DNA from: a virus
Taxonomy: Duplodnaviria > Caudoviricetes
DNA length: 45,394 nucleotides
Virus record (IMG/VR): IMGVR_UViG_3300044852_000057
Coordinates: 1-45,394 of that record
Reading direction: 5' to 3' (one strand)
Shown here: piece after piece, positions 28,089 to 36,876 of the stretch
How the letters are laid out: each line of letters begins with the position of its first letter
Position numbering within the stretch: the stretch's first letter is position 1
Position numbers and translations under genes: made by a program
Notes under the pieces: generated by a model
Seen by the model: only the letters and a program-made list of their open reading frames with translations
Databases searched by the model: none
What the model was told of the DNA's origin: nothing

Positions 28089-29089
28089 GCTCGCCGGTCC
28101 TGGCGCGCTCCGACGCCGACGGTCGACGGCTCTACCTCTGGGGCGATCCGCCGGAGGGCTACTGGTCCGTGACGACCATTCTCGACGGCGGGATTCCGAA
28201 GTACCTCGTGCCGTGGGCGGCCAAGGTCATCTGGGACCTCATCGAGGCCGACGTCGCCGGCGTGGGCCCGTATGCCGGCGCGCACCCGATGGTCCGGCGA
28301 TGGGCGAAGGCCGGCCGGCGCGACGTCCTCGAGCGTCAGGCGACGGGCGCGCTCCGCTCGATCAACCCGGCCAAGCTCACCGACCACGAGCTCGCGGGCC
28401 GCTGGATCAAGGGCGCTCCGGACCGGGTCCGCGATGCCGCGGGCGAGCTCGGGACCGAGGTGCACTCCGAGGCCGACCGGCTCGTGCAGCGGCTGGCGCT
28501 CGCGTCCGGCGAGGCGTGGTCCGCGGGTCGGCCGATCCCGGCCTGGCCGACCGAGCTCCACGGCCACATGACCGGGTTCGTCGCATGGCTCGATGCCTGG
28601 CGGCCGCGGTTCCTAGCGACCGAGGCGACCGTGTTCAATCGGACCCAGGCGTTCGCCGGGACGCTCGACGCCATCGTCGAGCTCCGCGCGCGGCAGGTCA
28701 TGCTCGCGCTCGTCGCCGCTGGCACCGCTCCGGAGGACGTCCCTGGATGGCTCCACGACGCGGCAGCGGTCGACGCCTGGGTGACGGTCATCATCGACTA
28801 CAAGAGCGGCAACAAGACCTGGCCGCTCGTCGCGCTGCAGCTGGCGGCCTACTCGCGCGGCGAGTTCGTCGGCCTGCCGGACGGCGTGACGCAGGCGTCG
28901 CTCCCGGCCGTCGACCTGGCGGCCGTGCTCCACCTCACGCCGAAGGGGTTCCGGTTCCGCCGGGTCCGGATCGACGACGAGGTCTGGCGTTCGTTCCTCC
29001 ACGCTCGGGAGGTCTGGCGATGGCAGCGCGAGACCTCGAGGACGGCGTTCCTCGAGGACCTCATCGCGCCGAAGGAGGAGGTTGCCTGA
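28085..29089 (+). CDS. PD-(D/E)XK (RecB/Cas4-like) exonuclease
   Basis: SVTTIL, GTEVH, AGTLD, IIDYKSG, LQLAAY motifs. Confidence 0.88.
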   Translation: MSSPVLARSDADGRRLYLWGDPPEGYWSVTTILDGGIPKYLVPWAAKVIWDLIEADVAGVGPYAGAHPMVRRWAKAGRRDVLERQATGALRSINPAKLTDHELAGRWIKGAPDRVRDAAGELGTEVHSEADRLVQRLALASGEAWSAGRPIPAWPTELHGHMTGFVAWLDAWRPRFLATEATVFNRTQAFAGTLDAIVELRARQVMLALVAAGTAPEDVPGWLHDAAAVDAWVTVIIDYKSGNKTWPLVALQLAAYSRGEFVGLPDGVTQASLPAVDLAAVLHLTPKGFRFRRVRIDDEVWRSFLHAREVWRWQRETSRTAFLEDLIAPKEEVA

Positions 29090-29680
29090 ATGTTGGCTGA
29101 TGATCCCGTCTGGACCACGCGGGCCGCGTTCCGCGACGCGCTGATCGTGAAGCTCCGCCAGCGGGCGAAGGAGCTCGCGCAGCCGATCGAGGGCGGCGCG
29201 CTCGACGGCATCGAGGTCCTGTCGCTCGGCATCCTCGAGTCGGCGCTCCAGGAGCTCGCGGCCGATCCGCTCCCTCCGGCGTCCGAGACTCGGGCCGAGG
29301 TGCGCACGCCGGCGACGCTCGTCGTGTCGGCCATGTGTCCCAAGTGCGACCTGCCGGCCGGCATCGTGCTCGCGATCACGAGCCGGCTCGAGGTCGACGA
29401 TGAGGGCTCGGAATTGAAGCTCCGGGCGAAGGCCAAGGCGCGGACGCATTTCTGCGGCCAGCTGTCGCTCCTCGAGGCGCCGATCGCCGACGGCCAGGAG
29501 GAGCTCCCGGTCGACGACGAGGAGGCCGAGCCGGCCGCTGAGGCCGAGGCCGAGGGCTGTCCGTTCCCTGGATGCGTCCGTCCGGCCGAGCATCGCGGCA
29601 AGCACGACGTCCCGGCGCCGATGCCGGAGTCGGCGGCCGACGACGGAACCGACCTGCCGCGGCCGCGGGTCGTGCATTGA
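29090..29680 (+). CDS. Zn-finger-containing hypothetical protein
   Basis: CPKC, HFC and CPFPGC...H..H motifs. Confidence 0.6.
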   Translation: MLADDPVWTTRAAFRDALIVKLRQRAKELAQPIEGGALDGIEVLSLGILESALQELAADPLPPASETRAEVRTPATLVVSAMCPKCDLPAGIVLAITSRLEVDDEGSELKLRAKAKARTHFCGQLSLLEAPIADGQEELPVDDEEAEPAAEAEAEGCPFPGCVRPAEHRGKHDVPAPMPESAADDGTDLPRPRVVH

Positions 29681-29982
29681 TGCCGGTCCTGCTCATGACC
29701 ATCCGCGTGGCCGACGGCTCCGAGGTGCCGTCGGCCGAGGTCCTCACCGATGATCTCGGCGCGCTGGTGCACACGGCCGGCGCCGAGCACTACGGCCGGT
29801 CCTCGGGCTGCCACCTCCGCGTGTTTCACCGCGACGGATCCGCGGAGCACGACCGCGCGGCGTTCCGGCGGTCGCTCCAGGAGCTCGGCGCCGACGAGGA
29901 GACGCAGGCGCTCCACCTGTCCGAGTGGGACCAGTACCTCCGGCCGGTCGCCGTCATGCATTGGTGGGAGGCCGTGAACTAG
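29680..29982 (+). CDS. hypothetical protein
   Basis: TGATG coupling. Confidence 0.5.
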   Translation: MPVLLMTIRVADGSEVPSAEVLTDDLGALVHTAGAEHYGRSSGCHLRVFHRDGSAEHDRAAFRRSLQELGADEETQALHLSEWDQYLRPVAVMHWWEAVN

Positions 29983-29984
29983 CC

Positions 29985-31031
29985 ATGCCGATCCGCGACC
30001 TACAGCGCCGGCTCCGAGAGATCGGGCGGATTCGGGCGGGCTCGTCGACGACGAAGGGCGGCCGGAAGGTTCCGTCCAAGCTCGAGACCTGGCGGCTCAC
30101 GAGCCCGACGCGCGAGCTCATCGAGGCCGCGGCCGAGCTCTACGGCGGCCACGTCGTTCCCTGGGAGCGTGAGTTCGAGGTGATCACCGAGGTCGCCGTC
30201 CTCGACATCGTGATCCCTCCCGGCCAGAGCTTCACCCAATGGAACGAGCTCTGGGCGGGGGGTGGGTGCGTTCGCCGGTGCGACGGCCAGGTCAACGTCC
30301 TCACCATGACCGAGTGCGCGTGTCCGGCGGATCCGCTGGCGCGGGCCGAGCTCGCCAAGCGCGGCGAGGCGTGCAAGCCCACGAGCCGGCTGTCCGTCAT
30401 GCTCCCGGCGCTCCCGGACCTCGGCGTCTGGCGCCTGGAGAGCCACGGGTTCTACGCGGCCGTCGAGCTCGCCGGCGCGGCCGACGTCCTGGCGATGGCG
30501 ACCTCGGCCGGCCGGCTCATCCCGGCGCGGCTCCGCCTCGAGCAGCGCGAGAAGAAGGTCCCTGGCAGGCCGACCAACCGCTACGCCGTCCCGGTCATCG
30601 AGTTCGTCCAGACGCGCATGGCCGACCTCGAGCTCGACCTGTCGGGCGCCGTCGCTGCTCCGCGACTCGGGGCGGGCAGCGGCGGCCGCCCGCCCGCGCT
30701 CATGGCGCCACGAGCCGACCTCCCGGAGTCGAGCGACTTCAGGGCACCGGTGCCGACCGGCCCGCTCCCGCTGGCCGAGCGGCTCCGGGCCGACGTCGTG
30801 CGATGGGCCGGGCTCGCCGGTCCTCCGACCGACGACCAGCGGACGACCCTGGGCGCGCTCTTCGCCGGCGTGGCCATGCCGGCCGTCGTCGCCGGGATCC
30901 GGATCGCGTTCGAGCATCCGACGCTCGAGTCCGGCGCCGAGGCCGAGTCGATCGTGTCGGTCGCCGCGGCCACCGGGCCCGCGTTCCTGGACGAGTGGGC
31001 GGCGATGGTCGCCGAGGGCGAGCAGGCATGA
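29985..31031 (+). CDS. Gp3-like (recombination directionality factor-like) recombination protein
   Basis: LQRRLREIGRIR.G, RRCDG, CKPTSRLSVML, GVWRLESHGFYAAVEL motifs. Confidence 0.75.
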   Translation: MPIRDLQRRLREIGRIRAGSSTTKGGRKVPSKLETWRLTSPTRELIEAAAELYGGHVVPWEREFEVITEVAVLDIVIPPGQSFTQWNELWAGGGCVRRCDGQVNVLTMTECACPADPLARAELAKRGEACKPTSRLSVMLPALPDLGVWRLESHGFYAAVELAGAADVLAMATSAGRLIPARLRLEQREKKVPGRPTNRYAVPVIEFVQTRMADLELDLSGAVAAPRLGAGSGGRPPALMAPRADLPESSDFRAPVPTGPLPLAERLRADVVRWAGLAGPPTDDQRTTLGALFAGVAMPAVVAGIRIAFEHPTLESGAEAESIVSVAAATGPAFLDEWAAMVAEGEQA

Positions 31032-31291
31032 GCCGCGATCACATCGACGACCCGTCGGAGGCGTCGGCGTTCGCGCTCCGCTCGATCGCCGATTCGCTCG
31101 AGCTCGTCGTGGAGCGCCTGGGCGCGATTCTCGTCGCCGTCGACACGCGGCCGTCGACGAGCAACCACGGCTACGACGTCCCGATCGGCTACTGGTGCTG
31201 CGCGATGGACTGGCGGCTCGGGACGTTCCGCTCGGGCGACTGCATCCTGCCGACGTCCGGGCCGGCTCCCGTCTGGGAGCGGGTGCCATGA
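31028..31291 (+). CDS. hypothetical protein
   Basis: ATGA coupling. Confidence 0.5.
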   Translation: MSRDHIDDPSEASAFALRSIADSLELVVERLGAILVAVDTRPSTSNHGYDVPIGYWCCAMDWRLGTFRSGDCILPTSGPAPVWERVP

Positions 31292-31491
31292 GCGCGATCG
31301 GAGTCGGCGTTCGTCCGGAGGGTCCCACGGTTCGGCGGGTCGACGGCAAGAGCGGTGCAGGCATCGTCCGGCCGTGGGACCGTCGGCTCGAGCCGGATGC
31401 GTCCGTCCCTCCGGTCGACCGCCGACTCGCCGGCCGGCTGTCCGAGGAGGAGCTCTTCTTCGCCTATCGTCGTTCAGGGAGGATGCCGTGA
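31288..31491 (+). CDS. hypothetical protein
   Basis: ATGA/GTGA coupling. Confidence 0.45.
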   Translation: MSAIGVGVRPEGPTVRRVDGKSGAGIVRPWDRRLEPDASVPPVDRRLAGRLSEEELFFAYRRSGRMP

Positions 31492-31970
31492 CGCGCGCCT
31501 ACGCCGAAAGGACCACCGTGTCGACCGATCGATCGCGAGGCGAGATCGAGTCGACGCTCCGGCGCTATGGCGCCGACCAGTTCGTGTCGGGCTGGGACGC
31601 GAGCCGGGCGATGCTCGGGTTCCGCGTCAACGGCCGGCACGTCCGGTTCGAGCTCCCGATGCCGGATCGGTCCTCGGATGAGATTCGTCTGACGCCGTCT
31701 GGAGCCTACGAGCGCACGGCCAAGCAGCAGGACGAGGTATTCGAGGCCGAGGTCCGGCGCCGCTGGCGCGCGCTCAACCTAGCGGTCAAGGCCAAGCTCG
31801 AGGCCGTGCAGACGGGCATCGCGAGCTTCGACGACGAGTTCCTGGCATACCTCGTGCTCCCTGGCAACCAGACCGTCGGGCAGCTGATGGCCGATGGGCG
31901 CCTGGACGCGGCGATCGCGTCCGGCGCCATTCCGATGCTGCTCCCGGACGGGCTCGGCCGGCGGCGATGA
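31488..31970 (+). CDS. conserved phage hypothetical protein
   Basis: YAERTTVS..RS..EIE..LRRYGA and RWRAL.L.VKAKLEAV..GI..F..EFL pattern seen in many phages. Confidence 0.7.
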   Translation: MTRAYAERTTVSTDRSRGEIESTLRRYGADQFVSGWDASRAMLGFRVNGRHVRFELPMPDRSSDEIRLTPSGAYERTAKQQDEVFEAEVRRRWRALNLAVKAKLEAVQTGIASFDDEFLAYLVLPGNQTVGQLMADGRLDAAIASGAIPMLLPDGLGRRR

Positions 31971-32491
31971 GGACCAGGCTGCTCCGGCCGGAGTTCTGGT
32001 CCGACGAGCTCATGGCGTCGCTCCCGCGCGACGTCCGGCTCGTCTACATGGGGCTCTGGAATCTTGCCGACGACGCCGGCTACCTCGAGCGCCGGCCGCG
32101 CGCGATCGCCGCGGCGCTCTTCCCGTATGACGGCATGGCCGAGCGAGAGGCGCTGATCGACGGCGCGCTCGAGCTCCTCGTCCGGGAGGGCCGGGTGCTT
32201 TATCTCGAGTGTCCGATCCATGCGCGGATCCCGACGCTCCCGCGGCACGCGGCGAAGGGCGGCACGAAGGCCACCACGTTCGAGAGCCGGCATCGCACGA
32301 CCTGTCTGTCTGAACGTGTACGTACGGGTCCGGACAAGTCCCGCTCGGGATATGGTTCGGATTCGGGCTCCGGTTCGGATTCGGATTCGGAATCCGCGGG
32401 CGCGCAAGCGCGACTCGGCGACGCGGCGGCGGCGGCTGGTGGGTTCGTCGCCGACCTCGAGGCACATCGGTCACGGAGGGCGAAGGCGTGA
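31967..32491 (+). CDS. replication initiator / replisome organizer N-terminal-domain protein
   Basis: RTRLLRPEFWSDE...RLVYMGLWNLADDAG motif followed by low-complexity linker. Confidence 0.7.
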   Translation: MRTRLLRPEFWSDELMASLPRDVRLVYMGLWNLADDAGYLERRPRAIAAALFPYDGMAEREALIDGALELLVREGRVLYLECPIHARIPTLPRHAAKGGTKATTFESRHRTTCLSERVRTGPDKSRSGYGSDSGSGSDSDSESAGAQARLGDAAAAAGGFVADLEAHRSRRAKA

Positions 32492-32781
32492 GCCGGGTGC
32501 CACCGATCTGCGGGCTCTGCGGCTACGAGTCGGACCAGGAGGTCCGGATGGGGTTCGTCCGATGGACCGAGCCTGGCGATCCGCCGAGGCCGTTCGGGGC
32601 GATGCCGCGGTGCACCGATCGAGCGGCGTGCCGGGCCCGCGTCGAGCGCGCCGGCGAAGCCTGGGAGGTCGCCGACACGGCGGCTGACGTGAAGAAGGCG
32701 CCGGCGGGCACCTCCGTCGTCGTTGTCGCTCAGACCGATCAGCCAGCGCCGGCGCAGGCCGAGGATACACGGCCGTGGTGA
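32488..32781 (+). CDS. small Cys-containing hypothetical protein
   Basis: CGLC and C.DR.AC motifs; GTGA coupling. Confidence 0.5.
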   Translation: MSRVPPICGLCGYESDQEVRMGFVRWTEPGDPPRPFGAMPRCTDRAACRARVERAGEAWEVADTAADVKKAPAGTSVVVVAQTDQPAPAQAEDTRPW

Positions 32782-34457
32782 CGCTCTTCCACCGCGACGC
32801 CTGGCTCGAGCAATATCTCGGCGATGCCGAGGCGGTCCTGGCGTCGCTCCCGGCCGAGAGCGTGCATTGTGTCGTGACGTCACCGCCGTACTGGAATCTC
32901 CGCGACTACGGCGTCGCCGGCCAGCTGGGCCTCGAGCTGACGCCGGAGCTCTACGTCGACCGGCTCGTCGCGATCTTCCGGGAGGTGCGGCGCGTCCTCC
33001 GGTCCGACGGGACCGTATGGCTCAACCTCGGCGACACGTACTCGGCCGGCGGCCGCTCGAGCTACGACCAGGCAACGCCGAATCGCGGCAACCGGGCGTC
33101 GGCTCGCGCGCCGCGGCACTCCGCCGGGCTGAAGCCCAAGGACCTCGTCGGCATTCCCTGGATGGTCGCGTTCGCGCTCCGGGCTGACGGCTGGTATCTC
33201 CGGCGCGACGTCATCTGGTCGAAGCCCAATCCGATGCCGGAGTCGGCCGAGGACCGGCCGTCGACGAGCCACGAATACCTCTTCCTGCTCACGCGCTCCG
33301 AGCGGTACTTCTATGACGCCGAGGCCATTCGGGAGGCCGCGACGTCCGGGCCATCCGACCTTCGCAAGATGGCCGAGGCGCTGCCACGGATCGGCGGGCT
33401 GGTCCTCGAGCAGGACGATCGGCACCTGAAGGCGTCGGCGCGCACGAACGTCGGCCGGAAGCGGTCCGTCGGCGGCGCGCCGCTCCGGATCCCGACGGGC
33501 TGGAATGCTGGCGCGACCGAGGCCGATCGGGATGGCCGATTCGCCGGCGGCGTCGCCGCGGTCGACGCTCGGCCTGGGCGATCGAAGCGGTCCGTCTGGA
33601 CGATCGCGACCGAGCCGTTCCCAGGCGCGCATTTCGCGACCTTCCCGACCAAGCTCGTCGAGCCGTGCATCCTGGCCGGCACCAGCGCGCGCGGCGTCTG
33701 TCCGGCCTGCGGCGCGCCGTGGATCCGCGAGCTCGCCACCGAGTACTCGGCGATCACCGACAACAGCGACGTCGAGGGCGAGGCGCTCGCCGTCGGGCGC
33801 CAGTTCCGGGAGCGGGCGGTTCGCTCGAGCTCAACCACCGGCTGGCGGCCGTCGTGCTCGCACTCGGCCGGGCTCGAGCCCGACGACCTCGACGTGATCG
33901 TGAGTCCGCTCGTGACCGTCCGGGAGGGCGCCGAGGCCGACCCGGTCGACGGCCGGGCCTCCGGGACGCGCCGGCGCGGTCTCGATCGGACCCGGATGGC
34001 CGACGAGGGCCAGCGGCCGATGGCGCGGTTCGAGCAGCGCGCCTATGCGCGCCAGCTGCGGGCGCTGCTCCGGCCGGACCTCGAGGCGCTGGCCGCCGAG
34101 GCCGGGCCGGCGTTCGCGCACTACCTCCGGACCGACCGGGCCGGCGCGCGACCGATCCCCGGCTCCCTCCTCGAGGCCTGGATCGCGCGCGGCGTCCTCG
34201 AGCCCGTGTCGCTCCCGGAGCTCGTCGCCGAGCAGCCCGTGCCGGCGACGGTCCTCGACCCGTTCGGCGGCTCTGGGACGACGGCGCTCGTCGCCGAGCG
34301 CCTGGGCCGGCGGGCGATCCTCATTGATGTCTCGGCCGACTACGCGGCGATGGCGCTCGAGCGCGTCGCGGTCGGCCGGCGTGATGGCTCGGGCGCGGCG
34401 ATCGACATGCCGCTCCCGGCTCCCGACGATTCGCTCTGGGCGGAGGTGGTCTCATGA
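32775..34457 (+). CDS. N4-C/N6-A DNA methyltransferase (beta class) with insertions
   Basis: VTSPPYW catalytic motif, IWSKPNPMPES, HFATFP, LDPFGGSGTT SAM motif. Confidence 0.93.
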   Translation: MVTLFHRDAWLEQYLGDAEAVLASLPAESVHCVVTSPPYWNLRDYGVAGQLGLELTPELYVDRLVAIFREVRRVLRSDGTVWLNLGDTYSAGGRSSYDQATPNRGNRASARAPRHSAGLKPKDLVGIPWMVAFALRADGWYLRRDVIWSKPNPMPESAEDRPSTSHEYLFLLTRSERYFYDAEAIREAATSGPSDLRKMAEALPRIGGLVLEQDDRHLKASARTNVGRKRSVGGAPLRIPTGWNAGATEADRDGRFAGGVAAVDARPGRSKRSVWTIATEPFPGAHFATFPTKLVEPCILAGTSARGVCPACGAPWIRELATEYSAITDNSDVEGEALAVGRQFRERAVRSSSTTGWRPSCSHSAGLEPDDLDVIVSPLVTVREGAEADPVDGRASGTRRRGLDRTRMADEGQRPMARFEQRAYARQLRALLRPDLEALAAEAGPAFAHYLRTDRAGARPIPGSLLEAWIARGVLEPVSLPELVAEQPVPATVLDPFGGSGTTALVAERLGRRAILIDVSADYAAMALERVAVGRRDGSGAAIDMPLPAPDDSLWAEVVS

Positions 34458-34765
34458 GCCGTGGTGATGTCCTGGCCGACGTCTACGAGGAGCGTGACCG
34501 GCAGGAGGCGATCGGGCACCGTAAGCGGGCCGGCGGCATCGACTGGCGCTCGTGCGCGGATCCCCAGATGGCCGGCGGCGATACCACGCGGTTCCTCGTG
34601 CTCGGCGAGGAGGTCGGCGAGGTCGCCAACGCGGTCCTCGAGGCCGGCTACGGCTCGATCGTCGACGACGAGCATCTGCGCGAGGAGCTCGTGCAGGTCG
34701 CGGCCGTCGCGGTCGCCTGGGTCGAGGCGATCGATGCGCGGACCTGGGCGAGGCTGCACCCGTGA
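34454..34765 (+). CDS. MazG-like nucleotide pyrophosphohydrolase
   Basis: LGEEVGEVA and LREELVQVAAVAVAWVE. Confidence 0.8.
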   Translation: MSRGDVLADVYEERDRQEAIGHRKRAGGIDWRSCADPQMAGGDTTRFLVLGEEVGEVANAVLEAGYGSIVDDEHLREELVQVAAVAVAWVEAIDARTWARLHP

Positions 34766-35063
34766 GCCCGCTGCTCCGGGAGGCGATCGACGTCGCGACC
34801 GACCTGGCGTGGCGGCCGATGTCCAACCTGCCGGGCTCCGTCGCATACCTCGAGCGGAAGGAGGCGCACGCGCGGCTCGTCGAGCTCGAGCGCCGGCTCC
34901 GGATGCCATACGAGCCATCCGTCGAGCTCGTCTACGTGATCAAGGCGATCCGGCGGGTCGCTCGAGCGTCATTCTCGAATCGGCGCGGGCCGACGTACTA
35001 CGAGCGACGCGCGGCCGTCCGCGAGCTCCGCGGCTGTCTGGACGTATGGAGGAAGCGCGCTGA
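34762..35063 (+). CDS. hypothetical protein; 3' end uncertain (frame stays open to 35475 over the next gene)
   Basis: GTGA coupling at start; TGATG at 35061-35065 is out of frame. Confidence 0.4.
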
Positions 35064-35488
35064 TGGCCGGCCGGCTCACGGATCTCGAGCGCGCCGATCG
35101 CGCGGTCACGGGCACCGTCCTCCAACAGCAGATCGTCGGCCTGGCCGAGCTCTACGGCTGGACGTGGTGCCATTGGCGGGCGCTGCAGAACAGGCGCGGG
35201 ACCTGGGAGGTGCCGGTGCAGGGGCCGATCGGCAAGGGCTGGCCGGACCTCTTCCTGGCGCGGACCCGCGACCGGCGGATCATCTTCGCCGAGATCAAGC
35301 GCGAGCTCGAGCAGCCGACCGAGGCGCAGACCCAGGTCCTGGCGATGCTCGCGCTCCTCGCCGGCGATCGGGTGACCGACGCGCACCGGTTCGTCCTGGC
35401 CGTGCCGCGGATCGACGTCGTCGTCTGGCGCCCGTCCGACCTCCACGATCCCATCGAGACCTCCAATGTCGCTAGGATGCTGCGATGA
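35063..35488 (+). CDS. VRR-NUC domain nuclease (Holliday junction resolvase-like)
   Basis: GWPDLFL...IFAEIK...TEAQ...VWRP motifs. Confidence 0.85.
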   Translation: MAGRLTDLERADRAVTGTVLQQQIVGLAELYGWTWCHWRALQNRRGTWEVPVQGPIGKGWPDLFLARTRDRRIIFAEIKRELEQPTEAQTQVLAMLALLAGDRVTDAHRFVLAVPRIDVVVWRPSDLHDPIETSNVARMLR

Positions 35489-35682
35489 CCGACGCCAAGG
35501 CGTTCGCCGGCTGGACCGTCCCGGCCGGGTTCGAGCCCGACAACATCGGGCGCTGTCGCTCGTGCTCGGAGCTCATGCTCTGGTGCATCACGCCGGCCGG
35601 CAAGCGGGCGCCGCTCAACCGCGACGGCACGAGCCATTTCGCGACCTGTCCGCAGGCGGCGGCCTGGCGGCGGAAGCCATGA
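35485..35682 (+). CDS. small Zn-binding protein
   Basis: CRSC...GKRAPLN...SHFATCP. Confidence 0.65.
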   Translation: MTDAKAFAGWTVPAGFEPDNIGRCRSCSELMLWCITPAGKRAPLNRDGTSHFATCPQAAAWRRKP

Positions 35683-36077
35683 TCCTCCGGCTCGTCGACG
35701 GGCCCGAGTACCTCGAGCGCCAGGCGCGGATGCGTGACGCGCTCGCGCGGCTCGACCAGGATGCGATGCAGGCCGTGATCGATGAGGTCGAGCCGATCCC
35801 GTTCGTCGTCGGCAGGCGCTACCGGCTCCGGGTGCTCGGCGGCGCGCCGGACGCCGTCCGCGTGGCGCACGTCCGGGACGAGGCCGGCGTCGAGTACCAC
35901 CTCGAGCATCCGCAGGCGACCAAGCCCGAGTTCCTCGAGTTCGAGGCCTTGTTCGCGGAGCGTGTCTACGGGATCCCTGGCCGGCGCTCGCCGGGCTCCG
36001 CGCTGCTCACGCTCGCCGATGGGCGCTCGGCGCTCCTCGCCGACATCGATGTCCTCGAGTGCGAGGAGCTCGGGTGA
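35679..36077 (+). CDS. hypothetical protein
   Basis: ATGA/GTGA coupling. Confidence 0.55.
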   Translation: MILRLVDGPEYLERQARMRDALARLDQDAMQAVIDEVEPIPFVVGRRYRLRVLGGAPDAVRVAHVRDEAGVEYHLEHPQATKPEFLEFEALFAERVYGIPGRRSPGSALLTLADGRSALLADIDVLECEELG

Positions 36078-36623
36078 ACCGCGACCAGGGCGTCGCGTGC
36101 GGGCTCCTCGTCGCGTCGGCGCTCTTCATGCTCGGTCTCATCATCTGGATCGCGTCCTCGGTCATGACTCCGAGGTCCGCTGGAGCTCCAACGGCGGCGC
36201 CATATCTCCCGGCGTCGTCGACCCTCCAGCGGTCCTGGGCGCCATCGCCGGGGGACGGTTCCGACGTCAGCGTGCCGCGCGCGACGTCGGCGGTTGGAGA
36301 GCCGGAGCAGGCTGCGCGGACGATGGTGCCGGTGGTGCTCCCGGTCCGATCGGGTGTCATAGCGTGGGCTGCCGCGGGGCTCGGCTCACGCTACCTGGCG
36401 CTCCCGATCGGACCGGGTCACCGCGTCGAGCTCCGCGGTCCTGGCGGCTGCATCGTCGTGCGCTCGACCGACGCGGGCCCGGCGCTCGTGCTCCAGCGGC
36501 ATGGGCGGATCGCCGACCTCGCCGTCGGGCTCTGGGCGACGATCTCGGGCGTCCCGGCGTCGCGCGGGCTCTTCCGCGGAATCGTGGCGCGAGCTCGTCG
36601 CCGGCGAGGCGGGCTGCGCATGA
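36074..36623 (+). CDS. membrane-anchored RlpA-like double-psi beta-barrel protein, apparent frameshift near 36588
   Basis: N-terminal TM, linker, G.RV...VVRSTDAGP...RIADL motif; alternative frame ends RELVAGEAGCA* at ATGA 36620-36623. Confidence 0.6.
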
Positions 36624-36762
36624 GGTGGGTCCTCCTCGGGCTGGCGCTCATGGCGTGGCCGTTCGGCCGGCGGCCGGTCATCGAGCTCTGCAGCCACGAC
36701 CACGACCGATGCTCGGCGATGCCTGGGCATTTCGGTGGTGGCTCAATTTCAGCCACCCCGGA

Positions 36763-36870
36763 CACCGGGCGCCCCAATGCCTCGGAAGCTTCCGAGTCGG
36801 GCGGGGCCGGGAGCATAGCCGAAGGATTGGATGGTGACGGCGAACCGCCGTTAGCGGGCGGTGCCCGGTG
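36763..36870 (+). ncRNA. candidate multi-stem structured RNA inside IS left end
   Basis: nested pairings CACCGGGCGCC/GGTGCCCGGTG, CCAAT-CCT-CGG/CCG-AGG-ATTGG, GCTTCCG/CGGGAGC, TGACGGCG/CGCCGTTA; G-U pairs favour + strand. Confidence 0.4.
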
Positions 36871-36876
36871 AGCGGT

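Noticed and set aside
28085-29089. Cas4-like nuclease as sign of a CRISPR system
   Set aside because: No array or other cas genes, no Fe-S cysteines; ordinary phage exonuclease context
36180-36300. Imperfect inverted repeat (CTCCAAC…GTTGGAG) in the RlpA-like linker
   Set aside because: Short, and plausible by chance in GC-rich low-complexity coding DNA
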